DNA of 61,863 nt from assembly GCA_009693995.1 (NCBI GenBank), contig SHWA01000003.1:1-61863 (forward strand), in the 5' to 3' direction. Origin of the DNA: Alphaproteobacteria bacterium. Its GTDB lineage: Bacteria > Pseudomonadota > Alphaproteobacteria > SHWA01. Below are positions 37,834 through 46,507 of this stretch, piece after piece. Below the pieces are notes generated by a model that was not told where the DNA came from, made no database searches, and saw only the letters and a program-made list of their open reading frames with translations. Positions within the stretch are counted from its first letter, which is position 1. Each line of letters begins with the position of its first letter. The position numbers were made by a program, and so were the translations under genes.

Positions 37834-37930
37834 GCTTCGACAGGCGCATGCTTCGACAGGCGCATGCTTCGACAGGCTCAGCATGAGGGCCTCATCCAGA
37901 GCCTGTCGAAGGATGAGGCCCGACTCATGC
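37834..37930. repeat. REP-like palindromic element preceded by a 16-bp tandem duplication
   Basis: GCTTCGACAGGCGCAT occurs twice, plus a partial third unit. Then comes a perfect 13-bp inverted repeat, CTTCGACAGGCTC (37867..37879) / GAGCCTGTCGAAG (37899..37911), with nested GCATGAGG/CCTCATC palindromes. Confidence 0.65.
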
Positions 37931-37964
37931 TCCTGCGATAGCCGGTACTCAGGGCGCGGCAAGC

Positions 37965-39095
37965 ATGGCAATCACCGTCTGTCTCGGCGTCAAGACGCTG
38001 CATCACCCGCGCGCGGGCGGCCATTTCTGGGCCTTCCTAAACTGGGCGCTTGGGCTCAAGGCCAACGGTTGCCGGGTGATCTGGGCCGAGGAGCACGACC
38101 AGTTCTATCCCGCGACCCAGCTCGCCGACGACCTGGGCCGGGTGCGGGCGCAACTTGCGCCTTACGGCCTCGGCGACGGGCTGGCGGCGGTCCCAACTTG
38201 GGTCGGGCCGCCGGCTCCGCACCCGGTGCCCGGCTACCTCGCCTGGGAGGAGGCGGCGTCCGCCGACCTGTTCCTCAACTTCGCCTACGCGGTGCCGGCG
38301 GGCCGGCTGGCCGAATGCCGCCGTACGGCCCTGGTGGACATCGACCCTGGCCTCTTGCAGTACTGGATGAGCCGCAACCAGATGCAGGTCGATCGCCACG
38401 ACCTGCAGTTCACCATCGGCGAGACGGTCGGTCAGCCGGGCAGTCCGATCCCGACCCTGGGGCTCGATTGGATCTACACCCCGCCCTGCGTCGCGCTCGA
38501 CTGGTGGCGCCCCGCCCCGGCGGCGGCGGGCGCGGCCTTCACCACCGTCACCCATTGGGGCGGCGACTGGGCCGAGGACGCGAACGGTCCCTATCCCAAC
38601 GACAAACGGACCGCGTTCCTGCCCTATCTTGACCTGCCGACCCGGACCGCGCAGCCGCTCGAGCTCGCCGTGTTCCTTGCGGCCGGAGAGGCGGGGGAGG
38701 CCGAGGTCTTGCAGCGGCACGGCTGGCGCGTGGGCGATTCCCTCAGCCTCACCGGCACGCCGGCGGATTACCGGCGCTACATCCAGGGGTCGCTCGGCGA
38801 GTTCAGTTGCGCCAAACCGTCCTGCCGCCGCATGGCGAACGCCTGGATCAGTGACCGTACCCTCTGCTATCTGGCGAGCGGCAAGCCGGCGGTCGTGGAA
38901 CATACCGGGGCGAGCAGGTTTCTGCCGGAAGCCGAGGGCCTGTTCCGGTTCACCACGCCGGATGAGGCCGCCCGTTACCTCGATGTGGCCGCCGACCCGG
39001 AACGCGGGCATGGCGCCGCCGCGCGGGCGCTGGCGGAACGGCACTTCGACGCCGCCACGGTCACCGCACGTGTGCTCGAGCGGGCGCTGGGCTGA
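37965..39095 (+). CDS. hypothetical protein, possibly glycosyltransferase-fold (C-terminal part reminiscent of CgeB/GT1-like domains)
   Basis: 376-aa ORF with strong G/C third-position bias. I recognise no confident motif. The function is a guess. Confidence 0.6.
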   Translation: MAITVCLGVKTLHHPRAGGHFWAFLNWALGLKANGCRVIWAEEHDQFYPATQLADDLGRVRAQLAPYGLGDGLAAVPTWVGPPAPHPVPGYLAWEEAASADLFLNFAYAVPAGRLAECRRTALVDIDPGLLQYWMSRNQMQVDRHDLQFTIGETVGQPGSPIPTLGLDWIYTPPCVALDWWRPAPAAAGAAFTTVTHWGGDWAEDANGPYPNDKRTAFLPYLDLPTRTAQPLELAVFLAAGEAGEAEVLQRHGWRVGDSLSLTGTPADYRRYIQGSLGEFSCAKPSCRRMANAWISDRTLCYLASGKPAVVEHTGASRFLPEAEGLFRFTTPDEAARYLDVAADPERGHGAAARALAERHFDAATVTARVLERALG

Positions 39096-39144
39096 GTCGG
39101 AGGCGGTTTGCAGGGCGGCCGGAATCGGCCGACAATCGCCGCCC

Positions 39145-40797
39145 ATGGACGCCATCGAGTTCCAGACCGAGCCTGGCCGCTACCGACATTGGCGGCTCGG
39201 CGTGGCGGGACGCGTTGCCACCTTGACGCTGGATGTGGCCGAGGACGGCGGGCTCCGGCCCGGCTATTCGCTCAAGCTCAACTCCTACGACCTCGGCGTC
39301 GACATTGAACTTTACGACGCGACCCAGCGCCTGCGCTTCGAGCATCCCGAGGTCGCCGCCGTGATCCTGGTCTCGGCCAAGGATCGGGTGTTCTCGGCCG
39401 GCGCCAACATCCCCATGCTGGCGCAGTCGAGCCACGCCGAAAAGGTGAACTTCTGCAAGTTCACCAACGAGACCCGCCTCGGCCTCGAGGACGCGAGCGC
39501 CCATTCCGGCCAGCAATGGATCGCCGCCATCCGTGGCATCGCCGCCGGCGGTGGCTACGAGCTCGCCCTCGCCGCCGACTGGATCATTCTGGCCGACGAC
39601 GGTGCGAGCGCGGTGGCGTTGCCCGAGGTTCCGCTCTTGGCGGTGCTGCCGGGCACCGGCGGGCTGACGCGCCTGGTGGACAAGCGCCAGGTGCGCCGCG
39701 ACCGGGCCGATGCCTTCTGCACCCTGGCGGAGGGCGTGCGCGGCCGCCGCGCCCTCGACTGGCGGCTGGTGGACGAACTGGTGCCGGCCTCGCGTCTGCT
39801 GGCGGCGGCAGCGGGGCGGGCGGCCGCCTTTGCGCTGCGCAGCGCGCGGCCCGCGGCCAGCGCCGGGATTGCGCTTACCCCCCTGGAGCGCCAGGTCGGG
39901 GCGGACCGGCGCGACTACGACCATCTGCGGGTCACGCTCGACCGCGCCCAGGGCGTCGCGATCTTTCTCATCACCGGCCCCGACGCCCTGCCGGCGGACG
40001 CGGCCGCGGCAAGGCGCCAGGGCGCCGGCTTCTGGCCCCTGGCGCTGGCGCGCGCCCTCGATGACGCGATCCTGCACCTGCGCGCCAACGAGCCCGAGAT
40101 CGGCACCTGGCTCCTGACCACTGCGGGCGAGGCCGAGCGGGTGCTCGGCTGTGATTCGCTCCTGCTCGGGGCCACGGGCGACTGGTTCATGGGCGAGGTG
40201 CGCCATTTCTGGAAGCGGGTGCTGAAGCGCCTCGATGTCAGCGCGCGCAGCCTGATCGCCCTGATCGAGCCGGGCAGTTGCTGCGCCGGGTCGCTGCTGG
40301 AGCTGGCGCTCGCCGCCGACCGGGTCTACATGCTGGCGGGTGCGCGCGCCGGCGACAACCGGCCGCCGGCGACGGTCACCCTCGGTGCGATGAACTTCGG
40401 GCCGCTGCCAGCGGCCAACGGCCTCGCGCGCCTCGCCACCCGGCTCCTCGGCGAGCCCGAGACGCTGGCCCGTGCCCAGGCGGCAGCGGGCGGGGCGCTG
40501 CCGGCCGAAGCCGCTACCCGGCTCGGCATCGCCACCTTCGCCCCGGACGAAATCGACTGGGACGACGAGGTCCGCGTCGCGCTGCAGGAGCGCGCGAGCT
40601 TTTCCCCCGATGCCTTGAGCGGGATGGAGGCGAACTTGCGCTTCGCCGGGCCGGAGACGCTGGAAACCAAGATCTTCGGGCGGCTGAGCGCGTGGCAGAA
40701 CTGGATCTTCCAGCGCCCCAACGCGGTCGGCGAGGCGGGGGCGCTCAAGCGCTATGGCACCGGCGCGCGCGCCGGCTTCGACCGGCGCCGCGTCTAG
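39145..40797 (+). CDS. boxC: benzoyl-CoA-dihydrodiol lyase (BoxC)-like double-crotonase protein
   Basis: FQTEPGRYRHWRL...LKLNSYDLGVDIELYDATQRLRFEHPEV...KVNFCKFTNETR...LPEVPLLAVLPGTGGLTR...GRLSAWQNWIFQRPNAVGEAGALKRYG track the BoxC sequence closely as I remember it. Confidence 0.8.
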   Translation: MDAIEFQTEPGRYRHWRLGVAGRVATLTLDVAEDGGLRPGYSLKLNSYDLGVDIELYDATQRLRFEHPEVAAVILVSAKDRVFSAGANIPMLAQSSHAEKVNFCKFTNETRLGLEDASAHSGQQWIAAIRGIAAGGGYELALAADWIILADDGASAVALPEVPLLAVLPGTGGLTRLVDKRQVRRDRADAFCTLAEGVRGRRALDWRLVDELVPASRLLAAAAGRAAAFALRSARPAASAGIALTPLERQVGADRRDYDHLRVTLDRAQGVAIFLITGPDALPADAAAARRQGAGFWPLALARALDDAILHLRANEPEIGTWLLTTAGEAERVLGCDSLLLGATGDWFMGEVRHFWKRVLKRLDVSARSLIALIEPGSCCAGSLLELALAADRVYMLAGARAGDNRPPATVTLGAMNFGPLPAANGLARLATRLLGEPETLARAQAAAGGALPAEAATRLGIATFAPDEIDWDDEVRVALQERASFSPDALSGMEANLRFAGPETLETKIFGRLSAWQNWIFQRPNAVGEAGALKRYGTGARAGFDRRRV

Positions 40798-40833
40798 GAC
40801 CTACCGTCGCGGAATGACTAGTCGGGCCGCATC

Positions 40834-40884
40834 CTTCGACAAGCTCGAGGCATGAGGCGTTCATGCGGAGCTTGTCGAAGCATG
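40834..40884. repeat. REP-like palindromic element, same family as 37867..37911
   Basis: CTTCGACAAGCTC (40834..40846) / GAGCTTGTCGAAG (40868..40880). The arms differ from the first copy by one base, and the loop again contains GCATGAGG. Confidence 0.6.
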
Positions 40885-41492
40885 GGGGCCATTGGCCCGT
40901 GTCATGCAATCGTGATCCCGAGTACTGGCCCGGGCCTCGCCTGGGCTCACGTGCAAGAGGAGTTCATGATGGTTGTTCGTGGTTTCAGCTCGCGCCGCTC
41001 GCCGCGCTGCTGCTGCTGGCCGGCGCCCCCGGCGGCGCCTTCGCCCAGCAGGGCGCTCCCGCCCGCCCCGACATGCCCCACGCCGGCGGCACGATGGGCC
41101 AGGGCATGCCCATGATGGGTCACGGCATGGGCGGCATGATGGGCCGCGGCATGGGGGGTGCGGACTCCGCCGCCGATCCCGCCATGCCGATGATGGGCGG
41201 CATGGGTGGCATGGTGGGCCACGGGATGATGGGTCAGCGTCTCCCTGGCATGCTCAGTGGCAATGCGCGCATCCGCGTGCTGCCGTCCTTCGAGTTGCAG
41301 GCGAGCGATGTCGAGCGACACCTGACCCGGGCGCTGGAATGGCTGGCCAATCCGCGCCTCAAGCTCGGCGTGGTCACGGTCGAAGGCGAGGTGATCTTCG
41401 CCGACATCGTCACTGTCGATGGCTCGCTGGTGCAGCGCTTGCGCATCGACCGCGCGACCGGGATCGGCACCGCCGCCGCCGACGCCCCCTAG
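40863..41492 (+). CDS. periplasmic Met/Gly/His-rich protein with a PepSY-like C-terminal domain (start uncertain)
   Basis: Signal-like LAPLAALLLLAGAPGGAFA. Met-rich tract MGQGMPMMGHGMGGMMGRGMGG...MPMMGGMGGMVGHGMMGQ. The C-terminal VVTVEGEVIFADIVTVDGSLVQRLRIDRATG resembles PepSY. The only in-frame ATG lies inside the REP element (see the finding for this region). Confidence 0.6.
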   Translation: MRSLSKHGGHWPVSCNRDPEYWPGPRLGSRARGVHDGCSWFQLAPLAALLLLAGAPGGAFAQQGAPARPDMPHAGGTMGQGMPMMGHGMGGMMGRGMGGADSAADPAMPMMGGMGGMVGHGMMGQRLPGMLSGNARIRVLPSFELQASDVERHLTRALEWLANPRLKLGVVTVEGEVIFADIVTVDGSLVQRLRIDRATGIGTAAADAP

Positions 41493-42235
41493 ACCCCGCC
41501 GCCCCGCCGGCGCCGCCACGCCTTGTAGGCAACCGGCAGCACCGCGAGCAGCGCCAGGCCGCAGAGGGCGGTCAGGATCTCCGGGGTCAGCAGGCCCAGG
41601 GGCGTGAAGCGCTCGCCGGCGTCGAACAGGCTGCCCAGGCCGGCGCCCACGCTCGCGAACACGCAGGCGGCGGGGATGATGCCGAGAAAGGTGCCAAGCA
41701 CGTAAGTGCCGAAGCCGACGCCGAGGAACGCGGGCACCAGGTTGACGATGAAGAAGGGGAACAGCGGCACCAGGCGCAAGGCCAGTAGGTAGCTGAGGGC
41801 GTTGGCGCGGAAGCCGTCCGCCATCCGGTTCAGGAACGGCCCGGCTCGGGCGCGGAGCACCGCGCCGAAGGCCGAGCGGGCGATCAGGAAGAGGGCCGCC
41901 GCGCCGACGGTCGCGCCGATCACGTTCAGAAGGGTGCCGAGCAAGGTGCCGAACAGAAAGCCGCCGGTGATGCTGAGCACCAGTCCCGCCGGCAAGGAAA
42001 AGGCCACGGCGAGCGCGTAAGAGACCGTGAAAAAGAGAGGCGCCACAAGGGGCTCCGCCGCGACGAAATCGAGCAGGGCCATGCGGTGCTGACGCAGCGC
42101 CTCGAACGACAGGTAGCGGTCGAGCCCGAACAGGAAATAGGCCACCAGGCCGAGCACCAGGACCGCGACCGGCAGGAAGCGCCGCAGGTGACGCGTTTTC
42201 GGGGCGGGGGCGTCCGGGGCGGGGAATGACGACAT
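41489..42235 (-). CDS. TVP38/TMEM64 (DedA-related) family membrane protein
   Basis: 248 aa. SLPAGLVLSITGGFLFG...LRLVPLFPFFIVNLVPAFLGV are family motifs. Confidence 0.8.
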   Translation of the reverse strand: MSSFPAPDAPAPKTRHLRRFLPVAVLVLGLVAYFLFGLDRYLSFEALRQHRMALLDFVAAEPLVAPLFFTVSYALAVAFSLPAGLVLSITGGFLFGTLLGTLLNVIGATVGAAALFLIARSAFGAVLRARAGPFLNRMADGFRANALSYLLALRLVPLFPFFIVNLVPAFLGVGFGTYVLGTFLGIIPAACVFASVGAGLGSLFDAGERFTPLGLLTPEILTALCGLALLAVLPVAYKAWRRRRGGGV

Positions 42236-42273
42236 CGAGTCTCTGGCCAGGGGCGGGCGCGTTGCCCGCCATC

Positions 42274-42389
42274 CTAGTGGATTGCCTCAAACCCTCGATA
42301 CCCGTGCGCTCTCACCCCCCCCTCCCCTCCCTCCCCCGCAAGGGGGGGGTACCAACGAAACAATCAATTTATTGGATCAAGCCATTAAC
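42274..42389. repeat. MITE/RIME-like element, short copy of 20963..21141
   Basis: The left 31 nt CTAGTGGATTGCCTCAAACCCTCGATACCCG match copy 1 at about 26 positions. Both copies share GGGGGGTACCAACGAA..AATCAA..T.ATTGG. The right terminus is more diverged. Confidence 0.5.
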
Positions 42390-42496
42390 GTGCCGCCGTC
42401 GGCGCCAGGCGGTGGGCGCGCTGCGGGCACCGGCATTGCCCGCCCTCCCGGCCCGTGCTACCGTACGTCCCGGTACCAATCCCTGCCGCTGGGACC

Positions 42497-43426
42497 ATGA
42501 GCCGAGCCGCCGAACCGGGCCCGTCGGCGCCTGCCGCCGGCCTTCTCCGCGATCCGCGCTATCGCCAGGGCGTGCTGATGGTGATCGGCGCCGGCGTCTG
42601 CCTCGCCACGGGCGGACTGTTCATGCGCACCATGGACGCGGCGGACGGGTGGCAGGTGCTGTTCTTCCGCTCGCTCAGTGTCGCCGCATTTTTCGGCGTC
42701 GTGCTGGCATTCCGCAGTCGTGGCCACCTGCTGCCCACTGTGCGGGGTATCGGCAAGATCGGTGCCCTGGTGGTGGTGCTGAACGGCATCGGGTCGATCT
42801 GTTACATCCAGGCCGTGGTGCACACCACGGTCGCCAACGTGGTCTTCATCCTGAGCGCGACGCCGATGGTGACGGCGTTCCTCGGGTGGGCGTTCATGGG
42901 CGAGAAGGTCTGGACCAGCACCTGGCTCGCCATCCTGCTGGCCATGGCCGGGATCGGCGTGATGGTGGCGGGGGGCCTCGCCTTCGGCCACATGACCGGG
43001 GTCCTGCTCGCCTGCGTGGTACCGCTCACCTATGGCTTCATGATCGCCATGGTGCGCCACTCCGCCCAACGCGACATGATGCCGGTGCCGCCGCTGGCCG
43101 CCCTGCTCAGCGCCGCGATCGCCGCGCCCATGGTCGGCGACTTCGCCCTCGGCACCGGGGACTTCGTGCGCTGCATGGTCATGGGTGTGGTGCAGTCGGG
43201 CATGGGGTTTCTGCTGATGACACTCGGCGCCCGCCATGTGCCGGCCAATGAAGCGGGTCTGCTGGCGCTGAGCGAGATCGCGGTCGCGCCGCTCCTGGTC
43301 TGGGTGTTCGTGAACGAGGTCCCGGCCGCCGCCACCTTGCTGGGTGGGGCGATGGTGGTGGTGGCGGTGGTCGCCAACGCGCTCGCCGGCATCCGGCGCG
43401 ACCGGCTCGCCCGGGTCGCCGTCTGA
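42497..43426 (+). CDS. DMT-superfamily (EamA) transporter
   Basis: Start is at MSRAAEP. It has ten hydrophobic segments and duplicated EamA-like halves. Confidence 0.8.
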   Translation: MSRAAEPGPSAPAAGLLRDPRYRQGVLMVIGAGVCLATGGLFMRTMDAADGWQVLFFRSLSVAAFFGVVLAFRSRGHLLPTVRGIGKIGALVVVLNGIGSICYIQAVVHTTVANVVFILSATPMVTAFLGWAFMGEKVWTSTWLAILLAMAGIGVMVAGGLAFGHMTGVLLACVVPLTYGFMIAMVRHSAQRDMMPVPPLAALLSAAIAAPMVGDFALGTGDFVRCMVMGVVQSGMGFLLMTLGARHVPANEAGLLALSEIAVAPLLVWVFVNEVPAAATLLGGAMVVVAVVANALAGIRRDRLARVAV

Positions 43427-43437
43427 GTCGTCGCGCC

Positions 43438-45528
43438 ATGCCGCCGACCGCACCCGAGGCGCCGCAGCATCCGGTCACCATCGTCCGTCACGGCCATGCG
43501 CGGACCGACCCCTATGTTTGGCTGCGCTCGGGCCGCTGGCGCGAGCTGATGCGCGATCCCGATCTGCTGGAGCCCGAGATTCGCGCCCATCTCGAGGCCG
43601 AGAACGCGTATACGGCCGCGGTCCTGGCGCCGGTCGAGCCGCTGCGGCAGTCGTTGGTGCGCGAGCTCAGGGCGCGCATCAAGGAAGACGACTCGACCGT
43701 GCCGTCGCCGGACGGGGCCTTCGCCTACTATGTGCGCCACCGCACCGGCGGCGAGCATCCGATCTACTGCCGCGCCGTCGGTGGGGTCGAGGAGGTCGTG
43801 CTCGACTGCGACCGCGAGGCGGAGGGGCAGTCGTTCTATCGCTGCATCGCCTGCCGCCACAGCCCCGACCACGCCCTCGCCGCCTACGCGGTCGACCACA
43901 ACGGCGCCGAGTACTACACCATCCACATCCGCGAGATCGCCTCGGGGCGGCAACTGGACGCGCCGATCGGGGAGTCCCACGGCGAGATGGTGTGGGCGAA
44001 CGACGGGCGGACGCTCTTCTACACCGTTCTCGACCGCAGCCACCGCCCGGTGAAGGTGATGCGCCACCGGGTCGGCGAAGACCCGGCGCAAGACACGGTC
44101 GTCTATGAGGAGCCTGACCCCGGCTTCTACCTCGGCCTGAGCCGGACCGAAAGCCGGCGCTATGTGGTGATCGAGGCCCACGACCACACCACCTCCGAGC
44201 TGTATCTGATCGCCGCCGACCGGCCGCTGGCGCCGCCTGAGTGCGTGCTGCCGCGCGAGCGTGATCTGGAGTACGCGCTCAGCGACCACGGCGACCGGTT
44301 CCTGATCCTGACCAATGCCGACGGCGCCGAAGATTTCCAGATCGTGACCATGCCGATCGCGGCACCCGCGCGCGCCAACTGGCGGCCACTGGTGCCGCAC
44401 GCAATGGGGCGCCTGATCCGCGCGATGCTGCTGTTCCGGGACCATCTGGTGCGCCTCGAGATGCAGGACGCGCTGCCGCGGATCGTGGTGCGGCGGCTCG
44501 CCGACGGCGTTGAGCACACGATTCGCTTCGCGGAGGAGGCCTACGACCTGAGCCTGTTGCCGGGGCACGAGTTCGCCACCCGCACGCTCAGATTCGCCTA
44601 TTCCTCCATGACCACGCCCCAGCGCATCTACGACTACGACCTGGAGGCGCGCACCCGGCTCTTGCGCAAGGAGCAGGAGGTGCCGAGCGGCCACGATCCC
44701 GCCCGCTATCTCACCCACCGCCTGCAGGCGACGGCGCCGGACGGTGCGCAGGTGCCGGTCAGCCTGCTGTACCGGCGCGACCTGCCCGTGGACGGGGCGG
44801 CGCCCGTGCTCCTTTACGGCTATGGCAGCTACGGCATCTCGATTCCGGCCACGTTCGTCGCCAACCGGTTCAGCCTGGTCGATCGCGGCTTCGTCTACGC
44901 CATCGCCCATGTCCGCGGCGGCAAGGAGCGCGGCTATGGCTGGTACCGCGCCGGCCGGCTGGCTGCGAAGGAGAACACCTTCCGCGACTTCATCGCCGCG
45001 GCCGAGGCCTTGATCGCCGCCGGCTACACCCGGGTGGGCCGGATCGCCGCCCACGGCGGCAGCGCCGGCGGCATGCTGATGGGCGCGGTCGCCAACCTGC
45101 GGCCCGATCTGTTCGGCGCCATCGTCGCCGAGGTGCCCTTCGTCGACGTGCTCAATACCATGAGCGACGCCTCACTCCCCCTCACGCCGCCGGAGTGGCA
45201 CGAGTGGGGCAACCCGATCGAAAGCGCCGATGCCTACCGTGCCATCCTGGCCTATTCGCCCTATGACAATGTGCGCGAGCAGCCTTACCCGCACATCCTC
45301 GCCATGGCCGGGCTGACCGATCCGCGCGTCACCTATTGGGAGCCGGCCAAGTGGGTCGCGCGCCTGCGCGCCCGCAACCCGCAAGGCGGCCTGGTGCTGC
45401 TGCGCACCAACATGCAGGCGGGGCACGGCGGCGCCGCCGGCCGGTTCGAGCGGCTGGAGGAGGTGGCGCTCGCCTACGCGTTCCTGCTCAGGATGTTCGC
45501 AAAAGATCAAGCCGCCGCCCTCGCCTAA
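43438..45528 (+). CDS. ptrB: oligopeptidase B (protease II), S9A family
   Basis: RTDPYVWLR...HLEAENAYT at the N-terminus. GGSAGGMLMG is the catalytic Ser motif, with the C-terminal GHGG. Confidence 0.9.
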   Translation: MPPTAPEAPQHPVTIVRHGHARTDPYVWLRSGRWRELMRDPDLLEPEIRAHLEAENAYTAAVLAPVEPLRQSLVRELRARIKEDDSTVPSPDGAFAYYVRHRTGGEHPIYCRAVGGVEEVVLDCDREAEGQSFYRCIACRHSPDHALAAYAVDHNGAEYYTIHIREIASGRQLDAPIGESHGEMVWANDGRTLFYTVLDRSHRPVKVMRHRVGEDPAQDTVVYEEPDPGFYLGLSRTESRRYVVIEAHDHTTSELYLIAADRPLAPPECVLPRERDLEYALSDHGDRFLILTNADGAEDFQIVTMPIAAPARANWRPLVPHAMGRLIRAMLLFRDHLVRLEMQDALPRIVVRRLADGVEHTIRFAEEAYDLSLLPGHEFATRTLRFAYSSMTTPQRIYDYDLEARTRLLRKEQEVPSGHDPARYLTHRLQATAPDGAQVPVSLLYRRDLPVDGAAPVLLYGYGSYGISIPATFVANRFSLVDRGFVYAIAHVRGGKERGYGWYRAGRLAAKENTFRDFIAAAEALIAAGYTRVGRIAAHGGSAGGMLMGAVANLRPDLFGAIVAEVPFVDVLNTMSDASLPLTPPEWHEWGNPIESADAYRAILAYSPYDNVREQPYPHILAMAGLTDPRVTYWEPAKWVARLRARNPQGGLVLLRTNMQAGHGGAAGRFERLEEVALAYAFLLRMFAKDQAAALA

Positions 45529-45593
45529 GGGCGGCGGCTCGAAGACAGGATGCGAAGGGGCACCGAGCCGGTTGGCGCAGGCGCCCCGTTCTG

Positions 45594-45782
45594 CTAGCTG
45601 CCGCTCTTCGGCGTTAGCAGCGGAGTGACCGGTTGGGTCGGAATCGGCGTGGAGGCTGTCACCGTCGACTGTGTGCCCACATAGTGTTCAGCGCACATGC
45701 CTTCGGCCGAAGCCGACGCCGCGACGGTCAGTCCAATCGCCAACGTTGCGGCTGCCAGCAGCTTCGCGAATCCGTCAGACAT
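45594..45782 (-). CDS. small secreted protein (62 aa), unknown function
   Basis: Strong SD (GGAGGTG) upstream of the ATG. Signal peptide KLLAAATLAIGLTVAASASA. The mature part is Thr/Pro-rich with one Cys. Confidence 0.5.
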   Translation of the reverse strand: MSDGFAKLLAAATLAIGLTVAASASAEGMCAEHYVGTQSTVTASTPIPTQPVTPLLTPKSGS

Positions 45783-45871
45783 CGGACCACCTCCTTCCGG
45801 TTGTTGAATCCAGGACGACAGGGAGTCATGCGTTCCCGGCCGGCGTCAAGGGCAAACCTATCACGTCTTGG

Positions 45872-46507
45872 TTACGCCTTGGTTGCGGCGCCAACCAGCC
45901 AGAGGGGGTCGGAGCGGCCCGGCGCTGGCGAGAGATCCTCTTGAAATAGGTCGGAAAAACCCCCTGCGGAGCGGAAATAGAACGCCACCAGGTCGGCGTG
46001 CCCGGCGGCATCCAGCGCCCGCCAGAGGGCGATCGCCTTGGTCGGGAACAGGCGGTTGGAGAAGGTGACCAGGCACTCGCCCCCGGGGCGCAACACGCGG
46101 GCGATCTCGGCGAAGACCGCGACCGGCCGGGTCAGATACTGCACCGAGACCGTGATCAGGCAGGCATCGAAGGCGGCGGCGGCGAAGGGCAGCGCGGGCG
46201 ACCGGTTCAAATCGTGCACCAGCCGGTGGGTGAGGCGTGGATTGGCATCCAGCTCCACCTGGTTCATGCCGAGCCCGGTGACCGAGCGGTAATCCACCTC
46301 CGGCAGGTGCGAGACCCAGCTCGACATCAGGTCGAGGATGGCGCCGCCAGCGGGCAGCCGGCGGACAAAGCAGGCGCCAAGCGCCGCGATCGCCGCGGCG
46401 TCGATGTGGGTGACGAGCCGGGGCGGGGCGTAGAAGAGGGCGTCGTCGCCGTCGTCGATCCGCTGCGTGAGCTGCGGCGGCAGCGGGTTTGTCACCTCAG
46501 GCGGCAT
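45872..46507 (-). CDS. class I SAM-dependent methyltransferase
   Basis: Start is MPPEVTNP, an internal ATG. ILDLMSSWVSHLP (motif I-like) and VLRPGGECLVTFSN are present. It overlaps the gluQ 3' end by 11 nt. Confidence 0.8.
   Translation of the reverse strand: MPPEVTNPLPPQLTQRIDDGDDALFYAPPRLVTHIDAAAIAALGACFVRRLPAGGAILDLMSSWVSHLPEVDYRSVTGLGMNQVELDANPRLTHRLVHDLNRSPALPFAAAAFDACLITVSVQYLTRPVAVFAEIARVLRPGGECLVTFSNRLFPTKAIALWRALDAAGHADLVAFYFRSAGGFSDLFQEDLSPAPGRSDPLWLVGAATKA

Noticed and set aside
37834-37878. 16-bp direct repeats that could be mistaken for a mini CRISPR array.
   Set aside because: The units are directly abutting with no spacers, there are only about 2.8 copies, and they are part of a palindromic REP-like element. 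No cas genes are present.
40852-41115. An 87-aa ORF (…MMVVRGFSSRRSPRCCCWPAPPAAP…) as an independent gene.
   Set aside because: Apart from its excellent SD-ATG context, the sequence is low-complexity and overlaps the clearly protein-like Met-rich/PepSY frame. I report it instead as a start/frame anomaly of that gene.
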